Assembly (NCBI RefSeq): GCF_006345805.1
Contig: NC_043006.1
Coordinates: forward strand, 75,640,001-75,704,000
Origin: Octopus sinensis
Taxonomy: Eukaryota
Length of the DNA: 64,000 nucleotides
Direction: 5' to 3'
This document shows positions 25,139-38,852 of this stretch, piece after piece. The notes under the pieces are model-generated. The model ran no database searches. It was given only the letters and a program-made list of their open reading frames with translations, and was not told the DNA's origin. The translations under genes and the position numbers were made by a program. How positions within the stretch are numbered: the stretch's first letter is position 1; the number at the start of each line of letters is the position of its first letter.

Positions 25139-25896
25139 ATATAGATATATATGTGTGTGTGTGTGTGTGTGTGGTGTGTGTGTGTGTGTGTGTGTATATA
25201 TAGATATGTGTGTGTGTGCATGCATGTATGTATGTATGTATGTATGTGTATGTATATATGTATCTATCTTTCTCTCTCTCTCCCTATATATATATATACA
25301 CACACATACACATAAATATATGTATATAAAGCGCATATGTATATATTATATATATACATATGTGTATATGTATATCATATATAAATATACACACATGTGT
25401 ATATATATGTATATATCATATGTATATATGTATGTATGGTGTGTGTACACACAGATACACACACACGCACATATGTAAATGTATGTATGTATGGTATGTA
25501 TGTATGTATATATTATATATATATATATATCATATATATATATATATATATATAAAGAAGAAAGTGAGTCGAAGAGAGAGAGAATGAGGGAGGGAGAGAG
25601 AGAAAGACAGATAATAGAGGGAGAGGGAGAGAAAAAGAAAGGGAGATGTTTGTTGATCGATTTCAATGATGAGGTTGTAGTTGTTCAATCAAATGAGTTA
25701 CTTTCTCTTTCAATAGAAGTGGCTGAGCTTTCCACTGTCGCATGTACTTTTAAACACTATTCACAGACAGCGTAAGCCTCATACGATATCTGACTAGTCG
25801 CAAGCTGTACATGGGGGCAATTGCTCTAGGTGCCATGCAGTGGGTTTCGAAGCGGGCGTGTTAATTAGTTGTCGACCCACACGAACACACACACAC

Positions 25897-25936
<40 letters not shown>

Positions 25937-25980
25937 CACACGCACACACACACTCACACACACAGATACACGCATACACA

Positions 25981-26286
25981 TAAGGCCACTAATATTTTAA
26001 CGTAAAATAATTAACGTTTGGTTAAATTTTTCAAAATTAAGCGCGCAGACCAGCAACTAATTATAAGAAAAAATAAAATATTTCCTTCTTTTTGTATTTT
26101 TTTCTATTGTTGTCACAAGTGGGTTAACATTATACACTAAATACCAGGGCGCAGGAGATTGACGCACATGCATAGGAATATGTATACGTATGTATTCTTA
26201 TAAGTATATAGGTATGTATGTATATAGATATGTATATATATTTATAGATGCATATTTCCATATGCATATCTCTATATGTTTATGTG

Positions 26287-26337
<51 letters not shown>

Positions 26338-26585
26338 GGGAGTATCACTCCTAATGGTTTTATCTCTAATTTATATTTCATATATATATATATATGTTTT
26401 TATGTTTTCATTTCTCATTGTGTTCAAAGTTTTTTATGTCCCGTACCCATAAATTCATGTATATATGCATATATATGTAAGTCTGTACATATATGTATGT
26501 ATACATGCATATATTTATATATTATTTATATTATTATATGATCGAACGCCACGCATCCTTTTCCAAGTAAGTTTCATCTTATACA

Positions 26586-26633
<48 letters not shown>

Positions 26634-27073
26634 CACATAAATACATATACATACATACATACAGACAGACATACAGACATATATACATACATATATATAC
26701 ACGCATGTATGTATATGTGTGTGTATGTATGTGTATATATGTATATACATACACGCTCGTGCAGATCTTTCTATCTCTCCCTCCCACCCCCCCACTCACC
26801 CCCCATATATATTTATTTATATATGTATATATATATTCACAGGCACTCAGACAAATATACATAAATGTCTGTATGGTGGCGGGTGGGGGTGTATGTGTGT
26901 ACGTGACCATATAGACAAGAGAGAAATATAGCTTTACACCAACACACTCCAATAAATTATAAATTTATAAGAGATAACTTCCTGATCAGTTGCTTTGAAA
27001 CTTATTACACCGAAGGAGCGCGGGCACGCACACAAACACATGTAGTCACATACATATACACACACATACGCAT

Positions 27074-27109
<36 letters not shown>

Positions 27110-27507
27110 TCATTCATTCAGATTCCATCACTTACATTTCGTATTTTTTTTCTTTATAATTGAAGTGATTTTAAGATGTTTAGATTGAGGAATTGAATAA
27201 ATCTATTAACAGTGGCGCTGCTATATATAGAAAGAAAGAAGGAAAGGAAGGAAAGAAGGAAAGAAAGGAAGAAAGAGTGCGTGAAAAACACACATAGAAA
27301 AGAGGGGAAAGTGTGGGCGAAGTTGCTCAACGATCAGAACAAGATCAAAGGTAAACTTTAAACAATTTCGATAAAACAACCATGTGATATTTTTCATGCT
27401 TAATTATTTTTTTGCTCTGTCAGTAATAAACCGAAATGTTTTAATGTTTTCATCTAATTCAGATTTAATGTTAAGCCATTTGTGCCAGCAATTAAATAAT
27501 AATAATG

Positions 27508-27576
<69 letters not shown>

Positions 27577-27703
27577 AATACGAAAAGAAGGCAAATATTT
27601 AAAATATTTTTTCTTGTAATTAATTGGTGGTCTGCGTGCTTAATGTTGAAAAGTTTAACAAAACACTAATTAACCATTTCTTGCTGAAAAATAAGTAGCC
27701 TTA
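25981..27703. repeat. Long-range diverged inverted repeat (arms 25981-26098 and 27577-27703)
   Basis: TTAAGCGCGCAGACCAGCAACTAATTATAAGAAAAAATA pairs with TATTTTTTCTTGTAATTAATTGGTGGTCTGCGTGCTTAA. Pairing extends out to TAAGGC / GCCTTA termini. Confidence 0.8.
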
Positions 27704-27782
27704 ATTTGTTCAGGTTACAACGTAGTTTGCTAATATATGCAAATGCGTGCATATACATATACGTATAAATATAAATCGAAGT

Positions 27783-28125
27783 CGGGAGAGGTATACAGTA
27801 ATATACATCTGGAAGGTACTGGAAAAAGATTGTGTCAAATTTTGGTATTGACAGCTACACAAATACCAGAATGGGTCGCCACAGCACAGTGTCAAAGATA
27901 CCAGCAATGCCGTCGCACTTCAGGACCAGTTACTGCCACAGCCTGGGTTTCAGGGGCCCACAGTTTTATTAAAATTCTCCCAAACAGCATGAGGGAGGTT
28001 CGGCAAAAGCGACCGATAGAATAAGTATTAGGCTTCCAAAGAATAAGTCCTGGGATTGATTTGCTTGACTAAAGGTGGTGCTCCGACATGGCCACAGTCA
28101 AATGACTGAATCAAGTAAAAGAGTA
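27783..28125 (+). mobile_element. CR1-group LINE fragment fused directly to SINE B 3' half
   Basis: 27783-27996 is colinear with 23528-23737, then GGTTCGGCAAAAGCGACCGATAG...GACTGAATCAAGTAAAAGAG follows. Confidence 0.85.
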
Positions 28126-28156
28126 ATATATATATATATATACATATTATTATATA

Positions 28157-28412
28157 TCGTCGGCCCCACCTCGTATACGAGCATTGGGCTCGTTAGTTTC
28201 TATCCAGTCTCCTCGGCTGATCTTTATACCGAATGTGACTTTGCGATCCAAGTCGGTGGTGAAAAAGTCATGGGCAGAATTAGTACGGGTCGAGAATGTT
28301 GAAGATGCTCCTTTCTTCTGCGTTTTACCTCGTCATTCTGTTGTCTGTTATGCTCGAAGTAGTTGGTTCCATTGGAGATAGCTGTCCTCAAGGCTGTCTC
28401 ATCCATGGCCAT
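28157..28412 (-). mobile_element. RTE-type LINE extreme 3' fragment between (TA)n tracts
   Basis: [34 protein letters not shown] resembles the AxDRxxWRxxIxxGxxxFExxR..KRxRRK RTE C-terminus. Confidence 0.6.
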
Positions 28413-28591
28413 ATATATGTATATATATATATATATTATATATTCATATATATATACATATATATATATATATACACATATATATATGGCCATATGTTTA
28501 CATATATATGTATAAAAGTATATAGATATGTATATATATATATGTGTATATATGTTTGTATACATATATATGTGTATATATATATTATACA

Positions 28592-30443
28592 TATAACGGG
28601 AAGCTTTATGAAAATAAACAAAAGACGAAGGCAGGTGGAAACAACGAACAATTGTATTAGTATGGCGCTCAGGAAATATAAATAAAAAAGTCTTTAACGT
28701 TTCGAGCCTACGCTCTTCAACAGAAAGATACACAGAGAGAGAAAAACACAGAAAGAAGGAGAGAAAAAATGCGTGCAGTAGCTAACGAATCAACATGGCC
28801 ATCTGATTTCGGCCAGAGTCAAAGATCAAACAGGAGACGCGAGGAAATAGCGAAAAATAAGATAAATGGTTGATAAAAGGGTTGAGGGACCAGCTAATAG
28901 TGCGTAGGAGGGGTCTGGATGTGTGTATGTATAGGGTTGGTGTATGTATTAGTAGTATAAAGGGGGTGTGTTTGTATGAGAGAGTATTCGTGCGTAGGAT
29001 TGGTCTGGACGTGCGTATGTATGGGGTTGGTGTATGATTAGTATGTATTAGTATGTATTAGTACGTATTGGTATGTATAGTGTGTGTGTGTGTGTATGAG
29101 AGAGTATAAGTGCGTATGCGGGGTCTGGACGTGTGTATTTATAGGGGTTGGGTTTGTGTATGTATTAGTATTACTAGTATGTTTAGTACGTATTAGTATG
29201 TATTAGTTGGTGTGTGTATTGTATGGCACATCATATGTGATGTGATGTGTAAGTCATGTGGTGTAGTGAGGAGAAGAGGGGAGGGAGAAAGAGGGCGGAG
29301 AGAATGGGAGGGGAAGAAGAGGGGAGGAGGGGGAGAGGAGAGGATGGGGGAGGAGGGGGATGAAGGAGGAAAGAGGGAGAGGGGGGAGAGAAGGGGAGAG
29401 AGGGAGTGAGGGAGCAGAGGGAAGGGGAAGAGGGAGGGAGGGAAGAGGGAAGAAGGGAAGGGGTAGGGGTGAAAGGATGAAGGACTGAAGAAATAGGGGT
29501 CGGGGGAAAAGGATAGGTGAGGAGGGGGAGAGGGGGGTTAGATGAGAGGGGGGGAGAGTTGAGACCAATGGCGTATATAGCGAAGAGAGAAGATATTAAT
29601 TCCTGTTCACGGGGCCAAACGGGAATCCGGATGGCCTCTGTTTAAGGACAAACCAAACACAGATAGGTGTTGCAATTGGAGTGACCGTGGTGAGCGGAAA
29701 TGCGTGAGCCGGTGTTCGTTCGCAAGGTGGATGTCACGAAGGTGTTCCGCGAACCGGTCAGCCAGCGGCGTCCCGTTTGTCCGATGTACAAGGAATGCAG
29801 AGAGAGCAAGAGATGCAATAGATAATATTGCTGGAGGTGCAGGTGAAGAGTGATGATGGGATAGGGTCGATGGTGGGTGCTAGTGAGGCGGGTGGTGTTT
29901 GGAGAGGTAAGGGCAGTGCGGCAACGTGGGCGGGAGCAGAGGAACGAGCCGGGTTGGGAGGTAGGGTCAGGGAAGGAGCTATGGACCAAAAGGTCTCGAA
30001 GTTGTGGGCTCGTTTGAAAGAGAGGGGAGGGGTCGGTTAGGGAAGAGGTGTGAAGTGGACGGGTCGGACTGGAGATGACTGAAAGCTCGAAGAATGGTGC
30101 GTTGGAGACGTAGGGTTCGTGGGGTGGTAGTGAGGGAAGAAAGGAGGCGGCGGGAGACTACAGGGCGGGTTCGGGGAGAGAGAGAGCAGATACACGGTCC
30201 ACGGACCGTGCTCTGGCAAAGGCGGTGTGGATAGTGGTGAGGGGGTATCCACGTAGGGTGAAGTGGTGAGCCATACTTTGAGACTGAGTCTCAAAGTCAT
30301 GGTCGTCACTACAGAGCCTACGTAGACGGAGGAATTGGGATAGGGAGTGGGGATGGAAAGCTTGGTGTGTTCTGGGTGGGAGGAAGAGAAGTTGAGGTAT
30401 GAGTGTGAGTCTGTGTGTTTGTAGTGAATGGAGGTGGTAAGAG
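28592..30443 (-). mobile_element. Penelope-like element, 5'-truncated (RT thumb, GIY-YIG, 3' region with hammerhead), flanked by (TA)n
   Basis: [69 protein letters not shown] (frameshifted). There is an internal ~100-bp triplication at 28899-29210. Confidence 0.9.
28691..28728 (-). ncRNA. Minimal hammerhead motif with CUGUUGA core variant
   Basis: UCUUU-CUGUUGA-A-GAGC-GUAG-GCUC-GAAAC-GUU-AAAGA. Confidence 0.7.
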
Positions 30444-30583
30444 TATATATATATATATATATATGTATATCTATATACATATACATGTAAATGTATACAT
30501 ATATATATGTAAATATATAGATATATATGTTTATTACGCATTACGCACACATATATATAATATGCATACACATATATATATGT

Positions 30584-30635
<52 letters not shown>

Positions 30636-30688
30636 TACATTTATAGATACACACGCACTAATATACACATACACACATACACACACAC

Positions 30689-30732
<44 letters not shown>

Positions 30733-30754
30733 TATATATATATATATATATATA

Positions 30755-31035
30755 TTGTACTGCTATTAGAACGAATATGCTCGAGGCACGTTCAAACTGG
30801 GAAACAAGTTACTCCCTGCGTTTTCTCTGCCTAGTGTTTGTAAGCGACGAGGAAATAACTACTCTGAAATTCTAGCATCTCACAGTGTAGTTATGTGTCA
30901 CCGCAAGCTGGTCTCAGTGTATACACACCATTTGTCAACAAACGGGATGTATTTTTCGTGACAAAACGCAGTGAATAGCTGGTTCCCCAGTTCGAACGTG
31001 CCTCAAGCATGTTCGAACTGATACTAACATTACAA
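30755..31035. repeat. Imperfect ~70-bp inverted repeat starting at a (TA)n tract
   Basis: CGAATATGCTCGAGGCACGTTCAAACTGGGAAAC pairs with GTTCCCCAGTTCGAACGTGCCTCAAGCATGTTCG. Confidence 0.75.
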
Positions 31036-32544
31036 TTTTACTTTTCACAGCTTACTACTTGCCGTTTTACTACTCCCTATTTCATGATTTTAACGACAAG
31101 ATAGGAAAACTTCATAAGATAGCAGCATTCAGAAATTTTAAGAATATAAAATTTGTGGAGAGTTAGGGCTTCGAAAGAACAAACAATAATAGAGTGGACG
31201 TGTTAAGTAAACAATCGACGAAGACAAATATTATGGGCCGTTAGGCCCAGACGAATGCTAATGGGTAACGTCTAGGAGAAATTTTTAAAGGAAATAGAAT
31301 ATATAGAAGAGAAGAAAATAGTAGAAAAGGAAAAAAATGTCAGGAGGCGAGGGAAATGACGTCCAGGTCGGTGGACGTTTTGTCCAGAAAAGAGAGGTGC
31401 GAGAGAAATGGCCTGTAGTCACGTGTGACTGAGAGGCTGAGGGGAAGGGGACAAGAGAGCGGTTGAGGGAAAGAAACAAAGAGAATGAGGAGAAGAGAGA
31501 AGGAACGAAAAATAGTAGGGAGTGAGAAAAAGAGAACAGCAAAGAAGGACGGTGAGCAACGGAAAATATAGAGGATTATAGAGGGATAGACAGAAAGAAA
31601 GAAAACAGACTGAGGAGTCGCAGAAATTATATATAAATGTTAGAGCTTAGTGTGGATAAGGCTGCGGGGTTTATTTTGTCGTTAAAAGCAGTTAATACCA
31701 GTTTGACTCGGTTCCAAGTTTTGTCGTCTAGTACAACGAATCTATGCCATCAGGCATTTGGAGATAAAGTAACAGGAAATGATACAAATTCCAGGTAGGA
31801 GATCGGCAAATTCCTGACGAGCTATCTTCGTTCTACATACGTACACACACAGACACACACACACTCACACAGACAGACACACACATACACAAAATGGTGA
31901 ACAGTTAAAAGCTTATGAACAATAATACTGTACAATAATTTGTATTTGTTGATCCAAGTTAATTTATATCTTGTTATATGGAGGAGTTTCCCTGTTATCT
32001 GCTTGATTTATAAGATAGAAAAATATACTACACAAGAACAAAACCTACTTCCTGCAACAGAAGATGAGCGAAAATATCTTATAGGTTAAATGATGGAGTA
32101 GCCAGTGGGCAGGAACACGTGATAGGGTAACCAGCTGTGGGTTTTACACAACTTATAAAATCTTTAATAATGTGTCAGCGGAGAATAATGTTATATGGTG
32201 GGGTGGGAGGAAAGAAAGTAATACTAAGAGGGTATTTACTGGCGTTGCATTGTCAATTCAGTTCTTAGAAATTAGTAATACTATGCAACTAGCTTATAGA
32301 GTGGTGAACATTAAAGAGAGAATTTGAAGTGAAGAGATGAAACTGTGAACCATGCTATCAAATGATGTTTTGCATTGCAGTGCCCTATATTTTCTCTACA
32401 TCTGTCCTTGTCTATCACAGGTGTTTGGTTCCAAAAACTCACCGTGTTAAACAAATCAGGACTAAATGACTAATAAAGCATATGGGAAAAACCGGTTTCG
32501 TTTTAAGACCACGAGTTGTTCTTAACCCGGAGACAGCATTGTGG

Positions 32545-32893
32545 ATAATCTCTGGGGAGCGCATGTGGGAGCCAAGTACAGATCAATTCGGAATATGGAG
32601 AAGTTCTTAACCAGATCAAGCCGAAACTGTCGCTAGAAGCTAGGATCACCAAGCATAGATTGGTATATTTTGGTCATATTATGTGGAGAAAATACCTGGA
32701 GAAGGAGACCATACTCGAAATAGTCAGTGGCAAGAGAGGAAGAAACCGACCAAGAATCCGCTTGCTTGACACCATCAAGAGTGACACGGGAATGGCCATG
32801 GCCAATCTGAAAGAAGCAACCCAGGATATAACTGGCTGGAGAACACTGATCCACCGAGTAACCGAGATTCGACTTCGACTGGGCGGATAGTTA
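32545..32893 (+). mobile_element. RTE (BovB-like) LINE 3' fragment
   Basis: EVLNQIKPKLSLEARITKHRLVYFGHIM..LEKETILEIVSGKRGRNRPR..D..WRTLIHRVT..RL. Confidence 0.85.
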
Positions 32894-34084
32894 GTGGCAC
32901 GGTTCAGAATATAATTATTCGTATTATTCCGCATCAGTCATAAAAGAGGATATGTGTATCCCAAAATAACTTATGGCATGATTGGTATCAAATGTTCCTT
33001 TCACAGGCATTATGATATCACACGAATTATATAGAATTTTTAGCGCCGTCTGGTATGGAAGTAAAGGATCGGCGTTGCAGATCTGTAGCTAATTCGCAGC
33101 AGGATACGTAATTATAAAATATACATAGAAATATCAGGGTGGCAGATACTATGTTCATGTTGCATAAATGAATATAATAAAAACAACTATCAGACGCCCG
33201 CTATAATAACACAAATGAGAATGGCCAAAATGCTCTTCGATGGTGGCACTAAAAACTGGATATAAATCATTTCATATTGCAGAACAAACAATTTCAAAGT
33301 GCACAACAAAGAAAGAAAATATAAAACGAAAATGCAAAAAAAAATAATGTAAAACATTACAGAAAGCGAAATACAATTTTCAAAGGACAGATTATAGCCC
33401 CATATGAAACACATATACACACACGCATATGTACATACAAGCACACACACACACGCACATACATGCATGGATATGTACATACAAAAACACTAGCACACAG
33501 AAAAAACTCAGACACACGCGCATATGAAATGATAATGACGTTTGCAAGGATCGTTGCGCTAAGTTTTAAAATAAAAGTCTATAAATCTGCTCAGTTGTTT
33601 TATGTGGAGTACTAAACTTGAAAGTAGTCTACTTCGATTGAACCCAGCTCAACGGAGATAATACACTACACATATACCATACACACACACAGACACACAT
33701 GGATGCGTGTGTATGGGTAATTGACCACGTTCTTATTTTAACCTCTACATTGTTTTGCTCTGCATATTTGTGTGTCTTTATTTGGATCAATAAAATTCAA
33801 CGTATCTGCACTTGCACTTTCGGGTGTGAAGGGCTGCTGGCGTGCATAATTGCTTAAACGAACCATTAACGTTTTACATCTTGATAAGGTTTGTACCAAA
33901 AAAAAAAGTGATAGAAAAAAAATAAAGAATTTAAGCTAAAAAGCTAGTCGTGTTTTCAATACGTGTATAATAAAAGCTATGATCCATCCATGCATACATG
34001 TATGTATGTATGTATGTATGTATGTATACAAAAAATATGTATATATATATACAAAACACTCATGTATGCGTATATAAAAAAAAA

Positions 34085-34888
34085 AGGTAGAAGTCTTAGA
34101 AATCTCCTTGTTAGATGCTTCTCAACTCCCAGCTCTGCACAACCAGGAACCTTTAACGATGTAACACATGCTCCTACATTAACAATATAACCACCATCGC
34201 GGGCCCAAGAAACAATATCAAATAACACAACACTTCTGTAGCACTTCAGCAAATATCATATATTGCATCATATGCAAACTCGGCGGAGCTCTTTACATTG
34301 GAGAAAGAAGACGACGCTTTGGAGATCGCTTTCGCGAACACATCAGAAGCATAAAGCTACGTATGTCAGGACAACCAGTCGTCTGCCTCTTCAACACTGC
34401 GAATCTTTCTTTCGCAGATTTATCAGTGTGTGGCATGGCCTGGCACCACGGACAACTCTTCTCTTCGAAACGAAAGGAGCAACGCCTCACATTTGACCTT
34501 GACACTATGCCACCGATAAGTATGAATGAACGTTTTTTCTTTTATCCTTTCACCTCCTCTTAATTCTTTTTCCCCTTTTTATACTTCCCCCACCCTCTCT
34601 CTTCAGCATTCCCGTATTTACTTACCTCTACTATCTCCATCACTTTTCCCCTCCTCCTTTCAGCACGTCCTCTCCTATAATTTCTGTTTCACGTCTACAG
34701 CCGGTGTTATTCTGCATCCATTATCAGTTGCAGCCAGTTTTTCGAGCTGAAAGCATGTAAAAAACTGTTTATCTTTCTTCACCTTCTCTTTTTCTCTACC
34801 GCCTGAAGGAAGGATTGCGTCCGAAACGTTGGATATTCTACTCCTCACGGCAAATTCACTGTACACCTTTCACTTCTTTCTCTCACTA
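34085..34888 (+). mobile_element. Penelope-like element 3' fragment (GIY-YIG pseudogene plus degenerate hammerhead at 34799-34833)
   Basis: CNTCSYI..STSANIIYCIICK..LYIGE..RFGDRFREHIRSIK..KEQRLTFDLDT, then CUGAAGGA-AGGA-UUGCG-UCC-GAAACGUU. Confidence 0.85.
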
Positions 34889-34913
34889 CACACACACACA
34901 CACACACACACAC

Positions 34914-34967
<54 letters not shown>

Positions 34968-35012
34968 GTGTGTGTGTGTGCGTATGTATATGTGTATGTA
35001 TGTATGTATATA

Positions 35013-35376
35013 TCCTGTAAATAATAATAATGGTATTTTTATATAAGGTTAACGCTTATGGAGATCACGGTGCAATGACTAAGGAAAATAGTCTAACAAC
35101 AGGGCGTATAAGCCCCCGACAGAAAAAAAGAAAGCTTTCCTATCCGCATCGGACTCGAACCCAAATCCCTCTGTTAATGCAACTAAGTTACCTTTAATAC
35201 ACTTAGTAACGTTTAAAAACGGATGCGGGTTCCAGTTCCACGCGGATAGGAAAGCCTTCTTTTATCCTATCGAGGGCTTATACGCCCCGTTATTAGACTA
35301 TTTTCCTTAGCCATTGCACGGTGATCGCCATAAGCTTTAAGCTTATAGAAAAATCCCATTATTATCATTTACAGGA
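35013..35376. mobile_element. ~364-bp almost fully palindromic fold-back element (MITE-like) in a TA/CA microsatellite
   Basis: TCCTGTAAAT...ATTTACAGGA ends. The ~155-bp arms pair imperfectly, for example TAAGGAAAATAGTCTAA / TTAGACTATTTTCCTTA. Confidence 0.85.
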
Positions 35377-35605
35377 TATATACATTCATACACACACATA
35401 CACACACACACACACACACACGCACACACACATATATATATATATAGGGGAAAGTAAGAAGAAAAACAATCGAAAATGCACCTTGGAAATAAAAAAAAGT
35501 AAAGGCATTTTATGAAAAGTAACGATAGATATATACAATTAGATGAACTGAGGTATGAATAAAAATAATAAAAGTCATTATTGTGAATTGTTAAAAAGAT
35601 TTAAA

Positions 35606-35640
35606 AGCATACCGGTTTCGTAAATTTACTAATCATTGCT
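35606..35640 (-). ncRNA. Degenerate minimal hammerhead motif in a (TA)n-adjacent AT-rich element (~35446-36120)
   Basis: AGCA-AUGAUUA-GUAAAUUUAC-GAAAC-CG-GUA-UGCU. The stems are intact but there are two core mutations. Confidence 0.5.
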
Positions 35641-36433
35641 TTGAATTCACACCGATTAATGAACGGTGTCAGGTCTACTAGTCCCCGAGTAAAAAGATTA
35701 TTTGTAAGGGAGGTAAGTAGTTCTGGATTTGGTACAATTAGGGTAGATATAGATCTGTAATGTGAATGGTGTATGGGATATATGGGTATTAGTGGTATTA
35801 ATTAAAAGGTTAGTAGTGCTCTGTATTATGTTTTGTGTTCATATTGAGTTATGGAAGATATTTATTGATGAAAGTCGTCTCTTTATTCATTCTTTGTTGT
35901 ACTGAGGTGTTCTGTGAACATTGATAGAAGGGGAAAATTAGGAAATTTATTTATTTTATCTATCTCTATGTCTTATATTTATCTCAGGTATGTGGCAAAT
36001 ATATTTATTTATTTAATAATTTATCTATTTATTGTTTTCTCTCTCTTCTCCCTTCTGTCATTAGTCATATGGTGTAAAGTGTTAGTGGGTGTTACTGTTC
36101 CATTCGTGTTTTCAATTGAGACTCGGTCTGTCTGTCTGTCTGTCTGTCTCTCTTTCTTTCTTTATGTATATTTATATATATATATATATATATATATAGT
36201 CAAGTAGATATATATGTACTTGTGATTGTGTATTTGCGTAAGTACGGTCATGACTACCTTGTTAGAAAGCTCGATTTTCTTTCGGGTTTAGTCTCACAGT
36301 GCAGCACCAGGGACGATTGCCTTCCAGAATAGCCTCCTAGTGACCAAAGTTTTATGAGTGAATTTGATTTGACAGAAAATGTACGGAAGCCAGTCCTATA
36401 CATACACGCTCGAACACATTCATATATATATAT

Positions 36434-36555
<122 letters not shown>

Positions 36556-37029
36556 TGTATATATATATATACAAATATTCTATAATTATAAACATAATTA
36601 TAATTAGGGGGTCATCTAATTGCTTCACTACATACCGAATTTAGAAATAGGAGGTAAAAATTCATTTTCTACTACCGTAAAAATTTCGCAGACAGTAACA
36701 CACTTTTTTTTATGTTGGCGAAAAGAAAAATAATGAATCTACACGACTCTGATTAGCCACATACGCGTTTAGAGATTAAAGTATATTTACTTATTTCTCA
36801 TCATCAGTGTAGCATTTCCAATATAAAATTTGAAAGTGCTAGGGTTAAATATGTTTACGAACAAGCGTCATCGCGCAACAGATATCCAACCAACACGTCC
36901 AAAATTTACACAGACGAATGTGAATACATATCTGTCATTTGTACCCACGTGTATGTTACGAGCAATTCCGCAGAAACTGAAGTATTTCAATCAGGGTTAT
37001 AAATTATAATTTCAACATATTTTGTTGGC

Positions 37030-37435
37030 ACTCCTGGAGTCTTGGAAGCGTAGAGAGGTTGTTACTTGCAACCTACGGCACCATGCCATTCGTTCTTTTT
37101 AGCCGTCTAATACTTTCCTGATTATTCCGGCCGTGCCAAAGAGACAAACCGTTTGTAAGAATTCTACTGGGCACTCTTTAACAGTTTCCTTTATACCTCT
37201 CTTGATGTCTTCAAATACTGTCGCCAAGGACCTAACATTAATTGGCACTATCTCCACTTTCTTCATTTTCCATAGCCGAGCTTTTTCGTACCTAAGATGG
37301 TTGTATATATCTATGTTTTCGTCTTCCTTCTTGACTATTCGTGGGTCAAAGGGGCATGCAACATCAACTATAGAGCACATGTTCCTCTTGTTCGCTACCA
37401 CTAGGATCGATCTCTTATGCTCTAGCACCTAAACT
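37030..37435 (-). mobile_element. R4/Dong-clade restriction-like endonuclease remnant
   Basis: SIVDVACPFD..KEDENIDIYNHLRYE..RLWKMKKVEIVPI..LATV..LQTVCLFGTAGIIRKVL. Confidence 0.85.
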
Positions 37436-37986
37436 GTTTGATTGATTACATCGATTCCAGTGATTCATTAGTACTTATTTTATCGACCCGGAAAGGGTGA
37501 AAAGCTAAGCTGACCCTGGTAGAATTTGGATCATGAGCGTCAAGAAACGGATGAAATGTCACTATGCATTTTGTTCCGAGTGTAAGCGATTCTGAACAGC
37601 ATTTAATGACCGAAATTCCGTCATTCATGTGTTTGTTGACAAATCAAGATAGGTCAAAAATATTTCTTTTAAGACACTTAAAAAGAAAATGCACGTCCTC
37701 ATGGTGGTGGTGGTGGTAATGGGGGATTGGCGGCGGGAATTGAAAGTGACTTGTGATGAAGTTTTAATTCACCAAAAATTCAGTTAACGGGAAATAGAAA
37801 AAAATAAATCAAATTGCATCCCGCCCATCACTTGATCGCTTTTCGGGGCATATCTGATTCAGAATTTGTATATATATTATATATATATATGATATATATA
37901 TATATATATATATATATTATGTATATACACACATACACATAAGCGCGTATATATATGTATATATGCAATATATATTATATGTATAT

Positions 37987-38044
<58 letters not shown>

Positions 38045-38788
38045 TTTATATATGAAATATATATATTATATATATAAAACAATATATATATACTTATATA
38101 ATATATATATATATATATACATATACAATATTTATATACGCATATACCTATGTATGTAATCACATACATACACACGTATATGTGTCTGTGTATATATGAG
38201 GGTTGTGTCTATACAGAAATGCAAAGGTATGTGTTGACGTATCAAGCTCATTGAATTAATTCTCTCTGGTTTCTTTTTCCTCTTATATTTTAGATCGCGG
38301 TTTCTATTTATCTCTATAATACTCGCTTTGTATTTCAGTTTTATCTATTCACGTTCAACGCCAAATTATGCTTCACAGCAGAATAAACACCCAACACTGT
38401 CGTTCTTTATGCTTTCAATAAGCACATACACCTACTCATAGTATATTTTCTTATTATTAATGTTTATTACAAAGCACAAAACGGTCCTTATTTCAAAATC
38501 AACACATGAGCACCAATTACTGACTTCCTTTTACGCCCAATATCTCACATCTTTTAATTAGCGTGTAATTAACTTTATTTCAATCTTTAATGCTCTTTTC
38601 CCTCTTTCTCTCACTGTTTTGCGATTGTATGTTTGTTGTTGATTTTTGTATTTTGGCAGAATATTTTTGCCTCTGTATTTCATTTTACTCTATCCGCTCC
38701 GAACTGTTAACAGTTTGTCTAAACGTATGTAGTATTCTACACTTATCTGAGACGGTCGACAACCATTCATTCTCGGCTTTCGAAATCT

Positions 38789-38852
<64 letters not shown>

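Noticed and set aside
29265-29560. G-rich purine tract with G-quadruplex/triplex potential
   Set aside because: It lies within the Penelope 3' region as expanded low-complexity sequence, and there is no evidence of an independent function.
32421-32470. Acceptor followed by VWFQ.., reminiscent of a homeobox helix-3 exon (VWFQNRRAK)
   Set aside because: It needs two indels and substitutions to restore NRR, all frames stop shortly after, and no upstream homeobox exon is visible.
33007-33052. Possible exon CAG|GCATT..GTCTG|GTATGG
   Set aside because: The polypyrimidine tract and donor are weak and the peptide is unrecognisable. Such matches are expected by chance in 64 kb.
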